From: Polyangia bacterium
GTDB lineage: Bacteria > Myxococcota_A > Polyangia > JAAYKL01
Length of the DNA stretch: 64,000 nt
Assembly (NCBI GenBank): GCA_050287845.1
Contig: JBNKCR010000025.1
Coordinates: 66,313 to 130,312, forward strand
Direction: 5' to 3'
The notes below the pieces were generated by a model, which had not been told where the DNA came from, did no database searches, and saw nothing but the letters and a program-made list of their open reading frames with translations. The translations under genes and the position numbers were made by a program. Positions within the stretch are counted from its first letter, which is position 1, and each line of letters opens with the position of its first letter. Of this stretch, positions 19,338 to 28,045 are shown piece by piece.

Positions 19338-20027
19338 ATGGAAGCAACACAAACACCGCTTGTGGAGATTCGAACATTTTTAACCCGTCATCGGGCGCCG
19401 GTGGCGCCGTGGACATCTGCGGAGGGAACGGTGGAAGCGTTGTATGCCACGCTGCAAACCCATCGGGACGATTCGGAATTCTGGTTGGCCCTCAAAAAGT
19501 TGAGCATCCGTCTGGAGGGACACATGATTTCTCCTTCTGCGGCGGTCAATTGCGACGTACTTCGGCATGCCACCGTCAGCCAGCTGCTCGATGACCTGCA
19601 ACGGGAGCTTCAGCAGAAAAAACCGACGGGCGGGGTTCAGATGTGGATCAGGACTCCCATTGTGGTGACTGCCCTGGCCGGATTTCTGTTTCTGGGATGC
19701 GTCGCATCCGATGACGACGGGACAACCAACGGGTCCGGAATCACTGCGCTCACCGATGACGAACTGAATACGTGCGATGAGGATGGGGTGGAGACAGGGG
19801 ACTGCGCTGACTATGTGGAGTTGCTGGAGGTGGTGAAGGAAGCGGAAATCTGGGAAGGAACCCTGGACGATCTGCTGACTTGCCTGCCGAATCTGGATGC
19901 GGCGTTTCGCCGGGAAATGCTCGACGCCTTTGACAACTTCAACGACGATGAAATTGCTTCGTACCTTGCCAACCTGACCGACAGTGGTCAGGTGTGTTTT
20001 GATGATGATGACATCGGCGGCCACTGA
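19338..20027 (+). CDS. Hypothetical protein with internal lipobox and acidic Cys-containing C-domain
   Basis: GGAGG RBS; about 100-aa helical N-region, then IVVTALAGFLFLGC, then a D/E-rich region with 4 further Cys ending DDDDIGGH. Confidence 0.75.
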   Translation: MEATQTPLVEIRTFLTRHRAPVAPWTSAEGTVEALYATLQTHRDDSEFWLALKKLSIRLEGHMISPSAAVNCDVLRHATVSQLLDDLQRELQQKKPTGGVQMWIRTPIVVTALAGFLFLGCVASDDDGTTNGSGITALTDDELNTCDEDGVETGDCADYVELLEVVKEAEIWEGTLDDLLTCLPNLDAAFRREMLDAFDNFNDDEIASYLANLTDSGQVCFDDDDIGGH

Positions 20028-20042
20028 GCGATTTATCACTGT

Positions 20043-21389
20043 ATGAATCCCTCCCGCGTTGTCATTATTGGACTGGACTCGGTTGCGCCGGCACTGGCGT
20101 TTGATCAGTATCGCAATGAAATGCCGAACCTTCGCGCCCTCTGCGATGGTGGTTGCTTCGGTCCCATGCGTTCCACGGATCCCCCCATCACCATTCCCGC
20201 CTGGATTTCGATGACCAGCGGACGCTCTCCCGGACAACTGGGTATTTACGGCTTTCGACACTATGCCCCTTTGGACCCGCCGGAACTGGTGAACTCCACG
20301 GATGTGCATTTCCCGCGCATCTGGGATTTGGCTGCGGAGGCCGGGATGAAGAGTGTGGTGGTGTCGGTGCCGGGAACCTATCCCCTTTCCCCCCGACCCC
20401 GGGTGACCATGACCACGGATTTCACCACACCGTCCGCAAGGAGCCGTTGGATAGCGAAACCGTCGCTCCGGCAGGAGCTGACCTCCCTTTTCGGACCGTA
20501 CATCGTGGATGTGGCAAACTTCCGAAACGACGATACGTCGAGGGTGTCCGCCGAATGCGCGGCCCTGACCCGCCAGCATTTCGGCATTTTCAGACATCTG
20601 ATTCAAAAAGAGCAGCCCAGGTTCGCCATGCTGGTGGACATTGCCCCGGACAGATTGCACCATGCGGCGTTGCATCGCATATGGCGGGACCATCCCGCGT
20701 TTGAAGACAACGCACCGGGCATCGAATATTACCGGCTTTTAGATGATGAAATCGGAAAAACCCTGGCGCTGCTGGACAGCGATACCCTGGTGATGGTGGT
20801 CTCGGATCACGGGGTGAAGCCTCTTTGTGGTGGCATCTGTCTGAACGAAATTCTGATTCGGAGTAGACATCTGGTGCTCGCCGATAGCTATCCCGATAAG
20901 CCGGTACCGTTGAACGGGCTGAATATTGACTGGAAGCAGACCACCGCCTTTGCCCATGGCGGCTACGTGGGTCGGGTTTTTTTCAATCGAATGAAAGAGA
21001 TGTCCGCCGGTGATGCGCAGCGCCTCGGCGAAGAACTGAAAGATGTGCTGAAAACGGCGGGCATGCGCAATGGAGAAGCCCTGCAGCATCAGATATTTTC
21101 CCCCGGGGAGTTGTACGGACCGGCCGCAGGAACCCCACCGGATTTCACCGTCTACCTGGACAATCTCAATTACCGGGCCATCGGCAGCGTGGGCCATGGC
21201 GCCATTCAGATTCCCGGCAACGACCAGGGCCCGGACCGCGCCAACCACGACCTGTTCGGCATCTTCGCCGCCAACATTAAAGGCAGCACCCTGCGCACCT
21301 CGTTCAACATCTGCGATGTTTTCGCCTCGGCAGTGAGAGCACTCGGGATAGCGCCACCTGAAGGCACTGCCGGCGAATCGATTTTATAG
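20043..21389 (+). CDS. Type I phosphodiesterase/nucleotide pyrophosphatase family protein
   Basis: IIGLDS, STDPPITIPAW, DRLHH, VVSDHG and ANHDLFGIF. Confidence 0.85.
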   Translation: MNPSRVVIIGLDSVAPALAFDQYRNEMPNLRALCDGGCFGPMRSTDPPITIPAWISMTSGRSPGQLGIYGFRHYAPLDPPELVNSTDVHFPRIWDLAAEAGMKSVVVSVPGTYPLSPRPRVTMTTDFTTPSARSRWIAKPSLRQELTSLFGPYIVDVANFRNDDTSRVSAECAALTRQHFGIFRHLIQKEQPRFAMLVDIAPDRLHHAALHRIWRDHPAFEDNAPGIEYYRLLDDEIGKTLALLDSDTLVMVVSDHGVKPLCGGICLNEILIRSRHLVLADSYPDKPVPLNGLNIDWKQTTAFAHGGYVGRVFFNRMKEMSAGDAQRLGEELKDVLKTAGMRNGEALQHQIFSPGELYGPAAGTPPDFTVYLDNLNYRAIGSVGHGAIQIPGNDQGPDRANHDLFGIFAANIKGSTLRTSFNICDVFASAVRALGIAPPEGTAGESIL

Positions 21390-21653
21390 CGCAAACGAAT
21401 CCTCGAAAAGCGGACATCATCGTGGCGTGCTTTAAAAAATTATGTTTGATGTAAGCCTTCCAAACCCAGCTCCCTGATTCTTTTTTTCTGGTCAATGATG
21501 TCTGAACTGTAATATTCTGCTGTTTTCGAAGTGGACGAAACCTGAATCACCGTTTATTTTTATCGAACTTATCATTGCTGTTGGGGTACCGTTAATTTAA
21601 CGGGTTCAACGAATCGGACCGGTGAAGCGATTGACTGAAGGGAAGGACATATA

Positions 21654-23282
21654 ATGGTATCATGGACAAAATTAATTAGTTTGGCGATGTTACTGATGCT
21701 TGCATCATGTAACGACCCCATTTCTTCCGACGGGGACTCCAGCGGGCCCAGCGACAGCGATACAGATACTGATACGGATTCCGATAGCGATACGGATGCG
21801 GACAGCGACAGCGATACCGATACGGACAGCGATACCGATACGGACAGCGATACCGATACGGACACCGACACCGACAGCGATAGCGATACGGATACGGATA
21901 CAGACAGCGATAGCGATACGGACAGCGATAGCGATACGGACTCCGATACAGACACCGATACAGACACCGACACCGATACGGACACGGACACCGATACAGA
22001 CACCGATACAGACACCGACGTGGAAACATTTGTGCGGTTTGAACCGTCGTGCGAGGGCTCCGGCACCACCCATTACGCCAGCCCTTCCGGCAGTGGCAAC
22101 GATTGCAGTGAAGCGAGTCCATGCTCCCTGCAAACCGCTGCATCCAGACCCAAGCCGGGGGATATTGTCTGTCTGCGTGGCGGAACCTACCAGGGGCCTC
22201 TTGAAATCAGCGGCAACATTGCCGGTACCCAGAACGGCTGGATCACGTTCTCCACCTATCCGGGAGAATTACCCATCATCAATGGGGGGGTCACCATGAT
22301 GGACTCCGCCTCCACATATCTGCGATTCAATGGCATTGCCTCCATTGGTGGGGTTTCCGGGTTTGAAAATGCATTGGGATTCAACCAGAATGGCAATCTG
22401 CAGTTTTATAATTGCGTCGCTGACATGAACACCATGAACGGTTTTGGGCTGCATGGTGCCAGGGGATTCCATGTGGCCCAATGCATTGCGGCTCATACTG
22501 GCAGTGACGAAGAGTTTTCGTGGTCGAGTGGTATGGATTTCTGGGGCATCAATGGTACCCCTGCGGACAATCTGGTGGAGAGTACGGTGTCGTTTGAAAA
22601 TGTGGATATGGAGTGCCACAGCGATGGCAACGGTTTTATCACGGACATCGGCAACATGGGGGGCGGCGGGACCGGCGCAACTTTTATGAACAATATCGGA
22701 TTCCGCAATGGGGGCTCGTGTTTCCGGGTGACGGGCTCTTCCAATACCGTGATTATCAACAATACCTGTTTCGGCAATGGGCTCGATCCCGCTGCGGGCA
22801 TTGTGCCTACCAACCATCGCTGCGGTGAAATGGAGATTCCGCCTCCAACGGAACCTGGCGAAATTTATTTTAATGATGACGGTGAATGTCTGGCCGGTGC
22901 CAGGCTGTACAATAACCTCGCGGTTTCCCGCGGTCCCGGTCACCCCGCCATCAATCTGAAGCCCACGGAAACCGGCAACAATGTGGGGATAAAAGACAAT
23001 GATGGGACAGAAATTTTCACCAATCCGCCCCTGGATTTGACCGTTCTGCCGGACGCGGGCGCGGAAATATTCGGAAAGGCCAATCCGGATGAGGCCCCCG
23101 AATACGACATTGGTTTTGACCCCGGATGCATTAAAGAAGGCGCCCCCAGTGGACAGGGCGTTCAACCGTGGTGGCAGTACTCAATCGACTACGAATACAT
23201 CGAAAGCGTTGGCGGCATTGTCGGATGTTTCAATCCCAGACGTCGCACCAGTTCCACCGACGTCGGCGCGTACGCCCACTGA
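21654..23282 (+). CDS. Lipoprotein with DT/DS linker and right-handed beta-helix domain (polysaccharide lyase-like)
   Basis: Lipobox LASC; (DT/DS)n; YASPSGSG...[24 protein letters not shown] and NNTCFGN. Confidence 0.8.
   Translation: MVSWTKLISLAMLLMLASCNDPISSDGDSSGPSDSDTDTDTDSDSDTDADSDSDTDTDSDTDTDSDTDTDTDTDSDSDTDTDTDSDSDTDSDSDTDSDTDTDTDTDTDTDTDTDTDTDTDTDVETFVRFEPSCEGSGTTHYASPSGSGNDCSEASPCSLQTAASRPKPGDIVCLRGGTYQGPLEISGNIAGTQNGWITFSTYPGELPIINGGVTMMDSASTYLRFNGIASIGGVSGFENALGFNQNGNLQFYNCVADMNTMNGFGLHGARGFHVAQCIAAHTGSDEEFSWSSGMDFWGINGTPADNLVESTVSFENVDMECHSDGNGFITDIGNMGGGGTGATFMNNIGFRNGGSCFRVTGSSNTVIINNTCFGNGLDPAAGIVPTNHRCGEMEIPPPTEPGEIYFNDDGECLAGARLYNNLAVSRGPGHPAINLKPTETGNNVGIKDNDGTEIFTNPPLDLTVLPDAGAEIFGKANPDEAPEYDIGFDPGCIKEGAPSGQGVQPWWQYSIDYEYIESVGGIVGCFNPRRRTSSTDVGAYAH
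21751..22019 (+). repeat. Coding low-complexity (Asp-Thr/Asp-Ser)n repeat
   Basis: Mosaic of GACACC/GATACG/GACAGC hexamers, about 90 codons. Confidence 0.95.
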
Positions 23283-23297
23283 ACATCACTCCTCATT

Positions 23298-23329
23298 TCC
23301 ACCGAATTGTTGCTCCACCGAATTGTTGC
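23298..23329. repeat. 16-bp perfect tandem duplication
   Basis: TCCACCGAATTGTTGC twice, intergenic. Confidence 0.85.
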
Positions 23330-23356
23330 AAATTCTTGAACTCTGGCCATAGTTCC

Positions 23357-23384
23357 TGTAGACAAATCTTTTAGCTTGTCTACA
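23357..23384. promoter_or_regulatory. Inverted repeat, candidate operator or terminator
   Basis: TGTAGACAA-N10-TTGTCTACA, about 70 bp upstream of the ATG at 23457. Confidence 0.4.
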
Positions 23385-23456
23385 ATTATTCGTTCGGGCT
23401 AAAAAAAATCAGTTGGCGCACATCTGTGCAATTATAAGGAGAAAGGGAAATAAAAC

Positions 23457-24089
23457 ATGAAAAATGGAAATTGGCTTCTCGCAATACTCTCGCTTGGACT
23501 TTTTGGCATGCTGTTGTTCTCTTGTAACGACGAAACGGATGATGAGGAAGTCGTGGACACCGGTGTGGACACCGGTGTGGACACTGGTGTGGACACCGGT
23601 TCGGATACGGGGCTTGATACCGGAACAGCCGTTGCGGCCTGTGGTGGTAGTCAGGAGGACTGCTGCGCCGGAAACACCTGCACTGGTGCGGGGCTTGATC
23701 CGGTGATTGGCGCAGGCTCCTGTACATGTCAGGAGCCCTGTGCGGCGACTCCATGCACCGCCGGAACTATGGAGGGATCCTGTACGAATCTTTTTGGCTT
23801 GATGCCGATTTACGCGTGTTACAACACAACAGATTTTCCGATGCCGGTGGTTGCCAATGAATGCACTGCGGGGGCGGTATGCACAACCGATTCCGGAGAC
23901 GCGGCAGGGACCTGTTCCATGTTGATGGATCCCACCACCGCGACCCTTGTGAATCGGTGCCTCAAAACATGTACGCCAGCTGCCTCGACCTGTCCCGTTG
24001 GATTACTCTGTTCTCCGGCAGCCGACCCCAACACTTTCGAGATGGATTTCACCAATTCCCATTGTGCGCCGGCGATGGGGACGAAGTAA
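23457..24089 (+). CDS. Cys-rich lipoprotein with DTG repeats
   Basis: Lipobox LFSC; DTGVDTGVDTGVDTGSDTGLDTG; many Cys. Confidence 0.8.
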   Translation: MKNGNWLLAILSLGLFGMLLFSCNDETDDEEVVDTGVDTGVDTGVDTGSDTGLDTGTAVAACGGSQEDCCAGNTCTGAGLDPVIGAGSCTCQEPCAATPCTAGTMEGSCTNLFGLMPIYACYNTTDFPMPVVANECTAGAVCTTDSGDAAGTCSMLMDPTTATLVNRCLKTCTPAASTCPVGLLCSPAADPNTFEMDFTNSHCAPAMGTK

Positions 24090-24465
24090 CTGTCGCCCTG
24101 CGAATTCTCCGTTCTGCGCCATCCGTCATATTAGCGGATATCATTGATCCCAGCGAAGAGATCCCCATGAAACTCTCGAAAAATGAACGGTTGCGTTTCG
24201 GTTAAAAATCTGTTTACTCTGAAAAAATTGGACCTTGTTGAAAAAAGTGAGTAGAATTCTGGCATTCTCTTACGTTTTTAATCGCGACGATACTTAGGCG
24301 CCCAAAGCATTTTTTTTCATTTTTCGTCCATTACGATTGAATGGTTCTGTTTTATTCGAGCTCATTGGGAGAAATATGCATGTGTTGAAAAGAGGGCCGT
24401 TGTTGCAGCTGATTGGATATCGGTTATTCTTACCAAATCTATTTGAACTGAAAGGAGATAGCTGA

Positions 24466-24894
24466 ATGCGAGCCATGATGACAATTTTATGCACAGTTTG
24501 GGCCGTGGCGCTCATTTCGTGTATCGATGACGATGATCGCTGTGGGGACCTGGAGTGGCAGGAAGCGAATCTGTGGTGCCAGGGCGCAACCGATACGTCG
24601 GTTGTGGATACGGGAACCGGGGCAGGCACCGATACGGCGACAGACAGCATGTCGACGCCGATTCTGGGCGAAGCGTGCAATTCGGATGCGGATTGCACCC
24701 AGTACAATGCGGACTATTGTCTGGTTGCGCCACAGGGGGGTAATTTCTGTACATTGAAAAACTGTTCTGCGACGCCGGACAACTGTCCCGACGGATACAC
24801 CTGTTGTGTGATGTCCCCTGACTCAGGCTTTGTAACCCACTGTATGCCCAATGAATTTTATGCGGCAATGGGCACGCAGTATTGTCAACAGTAG
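24466..24894 (+). CDS. Small Cys-rich lipoprotein
   Basis: Lipobox LISC; LGEACNSDADC...CPDGYTCC. Confidence 0.78.
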   Translation: MRAMMTILCTVWAVALISCIDDDDRCGDLEWQEANLWCQGATDTSVVDTGTGAGTDTATDSMSTPILGEACNSDADCTQYNADYCLVAPQGGNFCTLKNCSATPDNCPDGYTCCVMSPDSGFVTHCMPNEFYAAMGTQYCQQ

Positions 24895-24902
24895 GAGGAT
24901 AT

Positions 24903-26429
24903 ATGAATGCTAAAATAATAATTCTGATTTTCCCCATATCTCTTCTGCTGGTGGCAGGTTCGGCCTTCGGTCAGGTAGAGGAACCCCCCGAAGCAGGTCC
25001 GGCTGCCGCAGATGCAGCCCCGGTTGCAGAAGATGCAGCAGCACCCGCGTCGGAAGAGAATGCCGAGTCCGCGGATGCGACGGCCACCGACGAAGACGGG
25101 GTTGATCCGCAGACAGAAATTGAGGCCCTGAAACAGCAGATGTCCGAAATGAAGGAAGACTTCGATGCCCGGCTTGAAGAACTGGAGTTCGGCGCTATCG
25201 AGGATGTAGCTTCTGAAGACCTGGCGCACAGATTCGATATTTTCGGGTTCTACGACATGGCTTTCATGTGGCGTGGTATTGACGATGAGTCGTTTTTTGT
25301 GGAGGGACAGGGCTTTGTGAATACATCTCCCCAGTTTCTGCTGCAGCATCTGAATCTGTATTTTTCCAGTCAGATGACCAGTTCATTGTCATTCCTGGCT
25401 GAAATCCAGTTCACGTTTTTACCCAATGGTGCCATGGATGCGGGATTTTACAATCCCCAGCGAACCAGTACTCTGGTGGTGGATCCATACACCCAGCAAC
25501 AATTTTCCTGGGGGAGCATCATGATTCAGCGGGCATGGCTCAAATGGGAGCCCGCCCAGTTCTTCGGGGTGAAAGCCGGATACTTCCTGACACCATATGG
25601 TATCTGGCATGAAGACCACGCCAGTACTGTGCGGTTATCCATTTTGCCTCCGTTTGAAAACGACACCGTGACGCCCCCCAAACTGGCGGGCAGGAAACCC
25701 ATGCCGCCTGCACAATTGGGTCTGCAGTTATTCGGCCGGGTTTTCCCCGGCGATCACCTGCAGTTCGACTATGCATTTACCGTATCCAATGGTCGGGGCG
25801 GCGCTGAAGGCGTAGTGGATTACGACGACAACAAGGGATTGGGATTGCGACTCAAGCTCACCTATTCCACCCCGGATGTTGAAGTTTCTCTCGGTGGATA
25901 TGGCTATTATGGGGAAGTCACTGATAAATGGATGGCGGCCTGGAATGAGCAGCTACTTGAAAATTACAAAGAATACGTGGTTTCCGGCGATTTTCTCCTG
26001 TCTCTTTTTGGGGTGCGACTGCAGTCCGAATATATTCGCAACATGAAACGCTACAGTGAGAATGGGAGAACCTCTGCCTTTCTTTCCAGTTCCGATGACC
26101 TGCCGAACTATACACCGGACACGGTGGCCAGCCTGTTTTATGTGATGCTGGCCTATCAGCTGCCCCTCGACAGATGGTTGAACGGAATGACGATTACCCC
26201 ATATGTGGGGTTTGAGTATGACATACCGCGGGACGAGATGAAATGGTCTGCGACAGCGACCCAGGAAAAGGGAAAATTCACCAATACCGTGTACAATGCC
26301 GGCATTAATTTCAAACCGTCATCGTTTGTTTCACTGAAGCTGGAGGGCTCCTATCTGAAAGTGCACTTTCTGTCAAACATGAACGCGGAAATCTGGACAG
26401 CCGCAGCCCAGGTGGCTGTTTCGTTTTAA
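24903..26429 (+). CDS. Outer-membrane beta-barrel (porin-like) with acidic linker and coiled coil
   Basis: Signal peptide, A/E/D-rich linker, GYFLTPYGIW, DYDDNKGLGLRL and terminal QVAVSF. Confidence 0.75.
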   Translation: MNAKIIILIFPISLLLVAGSAFGQVEEPPEAGPAAADAAPVAEDAAAPASEENAESADATATDEDGVDPQTEIEALKQQMSEMKEDFDARLEELEFGAIEDVASEDLAHRFDIFGFYDMAFMWRGIDDESFFVEGQGFVNTSPQFLLQHLNLYFSSQMTSSLSFLAEIQFTFLPNGAMDAGFYNPQRTSTLVVDPYTQQQFSWGSIMIQRAWLKWEPAQFFGVKAGYFLTPYGIWHEDHASTVRLSILPPFENDTVTPPKLAGRKPMPPAQLGLQLFGRVFPGDHLQFDYAFTVSNGRGGAEGVVDYDDNKGLGLRLKLTYSTPDVEVSLGGYGYYGEVTDKWMAAWNEQLLENYKEYVVSGDFLLSLFGVRLQSEYIRNMKRYSENGRTSAFLSSSDDLPNYTPDTVASLFYVMLAYQLPLDRWLNGMTITPYVGFEYDIPRDEMKWSATATQEKGKFTNTVYNAGINFKPSSFVSLKLEGSYLKVHFLSNMNAEIWTAAAQVAVSF

Positions 26430-26444
26430 CCAAGGAGAGCAACT

Positions 26445-26927
26445 GTGTCACATTTTATATCAAACGTGTCCACACGTAAAAAAGTACTTGGCGTATTTGC
26501 TGCTCTCCTGATGTGTTGCTTTCTGTTGCAGCAGGAAGAAGCGTCCGCCAGTGAAACTGAAAATCCGATGGATATTCTTGTTATCGTCAATAAAAACGTT
26601 CCAGTAAATTCCATAAATGAAACCGTGCTCAGAGGTATTTTTCTGAAAGTACGTAAGGATTGGCCCGGGGGACAGGCGGCGATGCCAGTTAATGCCAAAG
26701 ACGAAACCCTGCGCGCCGCGTTCCGCAGCAGAGTGCTGCAGATGGATGCCTCAGCGGAAAAACGGCATTGGGAAGAGGTGAAGGTGAAATACGGTCAGAG
26801 CGAACCGCCAGCGCTGTCCAACAACCTGAAGGCGGTGTTCAGTCTGAAAGGATCGGTGAGTTACGTGTACCGCAAAGATTTTACCGAGGGAATCGCCAAG
26901 GTGGTCATGGTCATTCCCGCTTCCTGA
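26445..26927 (+). CDS. Small periplasmic protein, phosphate-binding-protein-like
   Basis: Signal peptide; ILVIVNKNVPV...LRGIFL...W, GSVSYV; follows the porin gene. Confidence 0.6.
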   Translation: MSHFISNVSTRKKVLGVFAALLMCCFLLQQEEASASETENPMDILVIVNKNVPVNSINETVLRGIFLKVRKDWPGGQAAMPVNAKDETLRAAFRSRVLQMDASAEKRHWEEVKVKYGQSEPPALSNNLKAVFSLKGSVSYVYRKDFTEGIAKVVMVIPAS

Positions 26928-27245
26928 TCTGTTCTCATAAAAATATTGGTGTTTTATCCAGTGCCAGATAGGCGACAGGTACAGCGAGCGACTCGGTAAA
27001 ATCGTTGGTTTCGTCATATGCATAAAATCGATGGGAGGGTCAGCGGAACTTTAATGGATGCGTCGCCATTTTCGCTTTCACCGGATTGGTATCCGCATAG
27101 CGCATTCGCGGCGAAGCGTCATTCCGGGACAGTCGCATGGCGGTGGGTACCGGGTTCGCCTCCTTTTATGATGTGATTCTCAATGCATTGATGGTATTCT
27201 CCGGCATTCATGATTGCAGGATTCATTGACCAAAAAGGGGATCAC

Positions 27246-28016
27246 ATGCTCGGATACGAATCAATCGGCTCTGGACGGCAGGGCGTCATCGTTCTTCACG
27301 ATTGGCTTTGCGACACTTCAACCTGGGAGAGCGTTCGGCTATTCCTGAACACCGATGCGTTCTGCTGGGTATTTGCGGATATGCGCGGATATGGAAAATC
27401 CATAGACCTGAAGGGCGCGTACACACTCGAAGAAACCGCTGCGGACGTTATCGCGCTGGCAGACCATCTTGGCTGGAACCGATTTGTTGTGATTGGACAC
27501 TCCATGAGTACGCTGGTGGCTCTTCATCTGGCCCAGACGGCCGCCAGCCGCATCGAAAAGGTAGTGCTGGTGTGCCCGGTGCCCCCGCAGGGAATGGGCG
27601 CCGATGATGCCATCATAGCTGCCCTGCAAGGTGTGGCGGAAGGCGACGATGTCCACCGCGCGCAGGCGGTGAAGTATACCGTTGGAAACAGGCTGTGCGA
27701 CGGATGGATTCGCTACAAGGTGGCGCAATGGAGAGCCACCTCAACACCCGAAGCGGTACGCAGGTATATTTTTCCCTTTGCCCGGGATGGGGTTCCCAAT
27801 CCACAGGCAACGGTATCTGCGCCGCTGCTGGCAGTGACTGGAGAACAGGACGATGTTCCCATGCGTGGCGATAACGTCAGAGGGGTTTATTCCCCCATCT
27901 GCAGTAGTCTGACCATTGCCCCCATTGCCGAATGCGGGCACTATCCCATGCAGGAAACCCCACCCCATCTCGCCACCCTCATCGAACGCTTCCTGCTGCC
28001 CTCCGAATCGATGTAA
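27246..28016 (+). CDS. Alpha/beta hydrolase
   Basis: DMRGYGKS, nucleophile elbow GHSMS, GEQD and CGHYPMQE. Confidence 0.88.
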   Translation: MLGYESIGSGRQGVIVLHDWLCDTSTWESVRLFLNTDAFCWVFADMRGYGKSIDLKGAYTLEETAADVIALADHLGWNRFVVIGHSMSTLVALHLAQTAASRIEKVVLVCPVPPQGMGADDAIIAALQGVAEGDDVHRAQAVKYTVGNRLCDGWIRYKVAQWRATSTPEAVRRYIFPFARDGVPNPQATVSAPLLAVTGEQDDVPMRGDNVRGVYSPICSSLTIAPIAECGHYPMQETPPHLATLIERFLLPSESM

Positions 28017-28045
28017 TCCATTCAGGGCATACCGTAAAATTTCTC

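Noticed and set aside
21572..22299. ORFs with SVSVSV, YRYRCR or IPIRT repeats (also near 31229-32283 and 39858-40402)
   Set aside because: Alternative-frame and antisense shadows of the coding DT/DS repeats.
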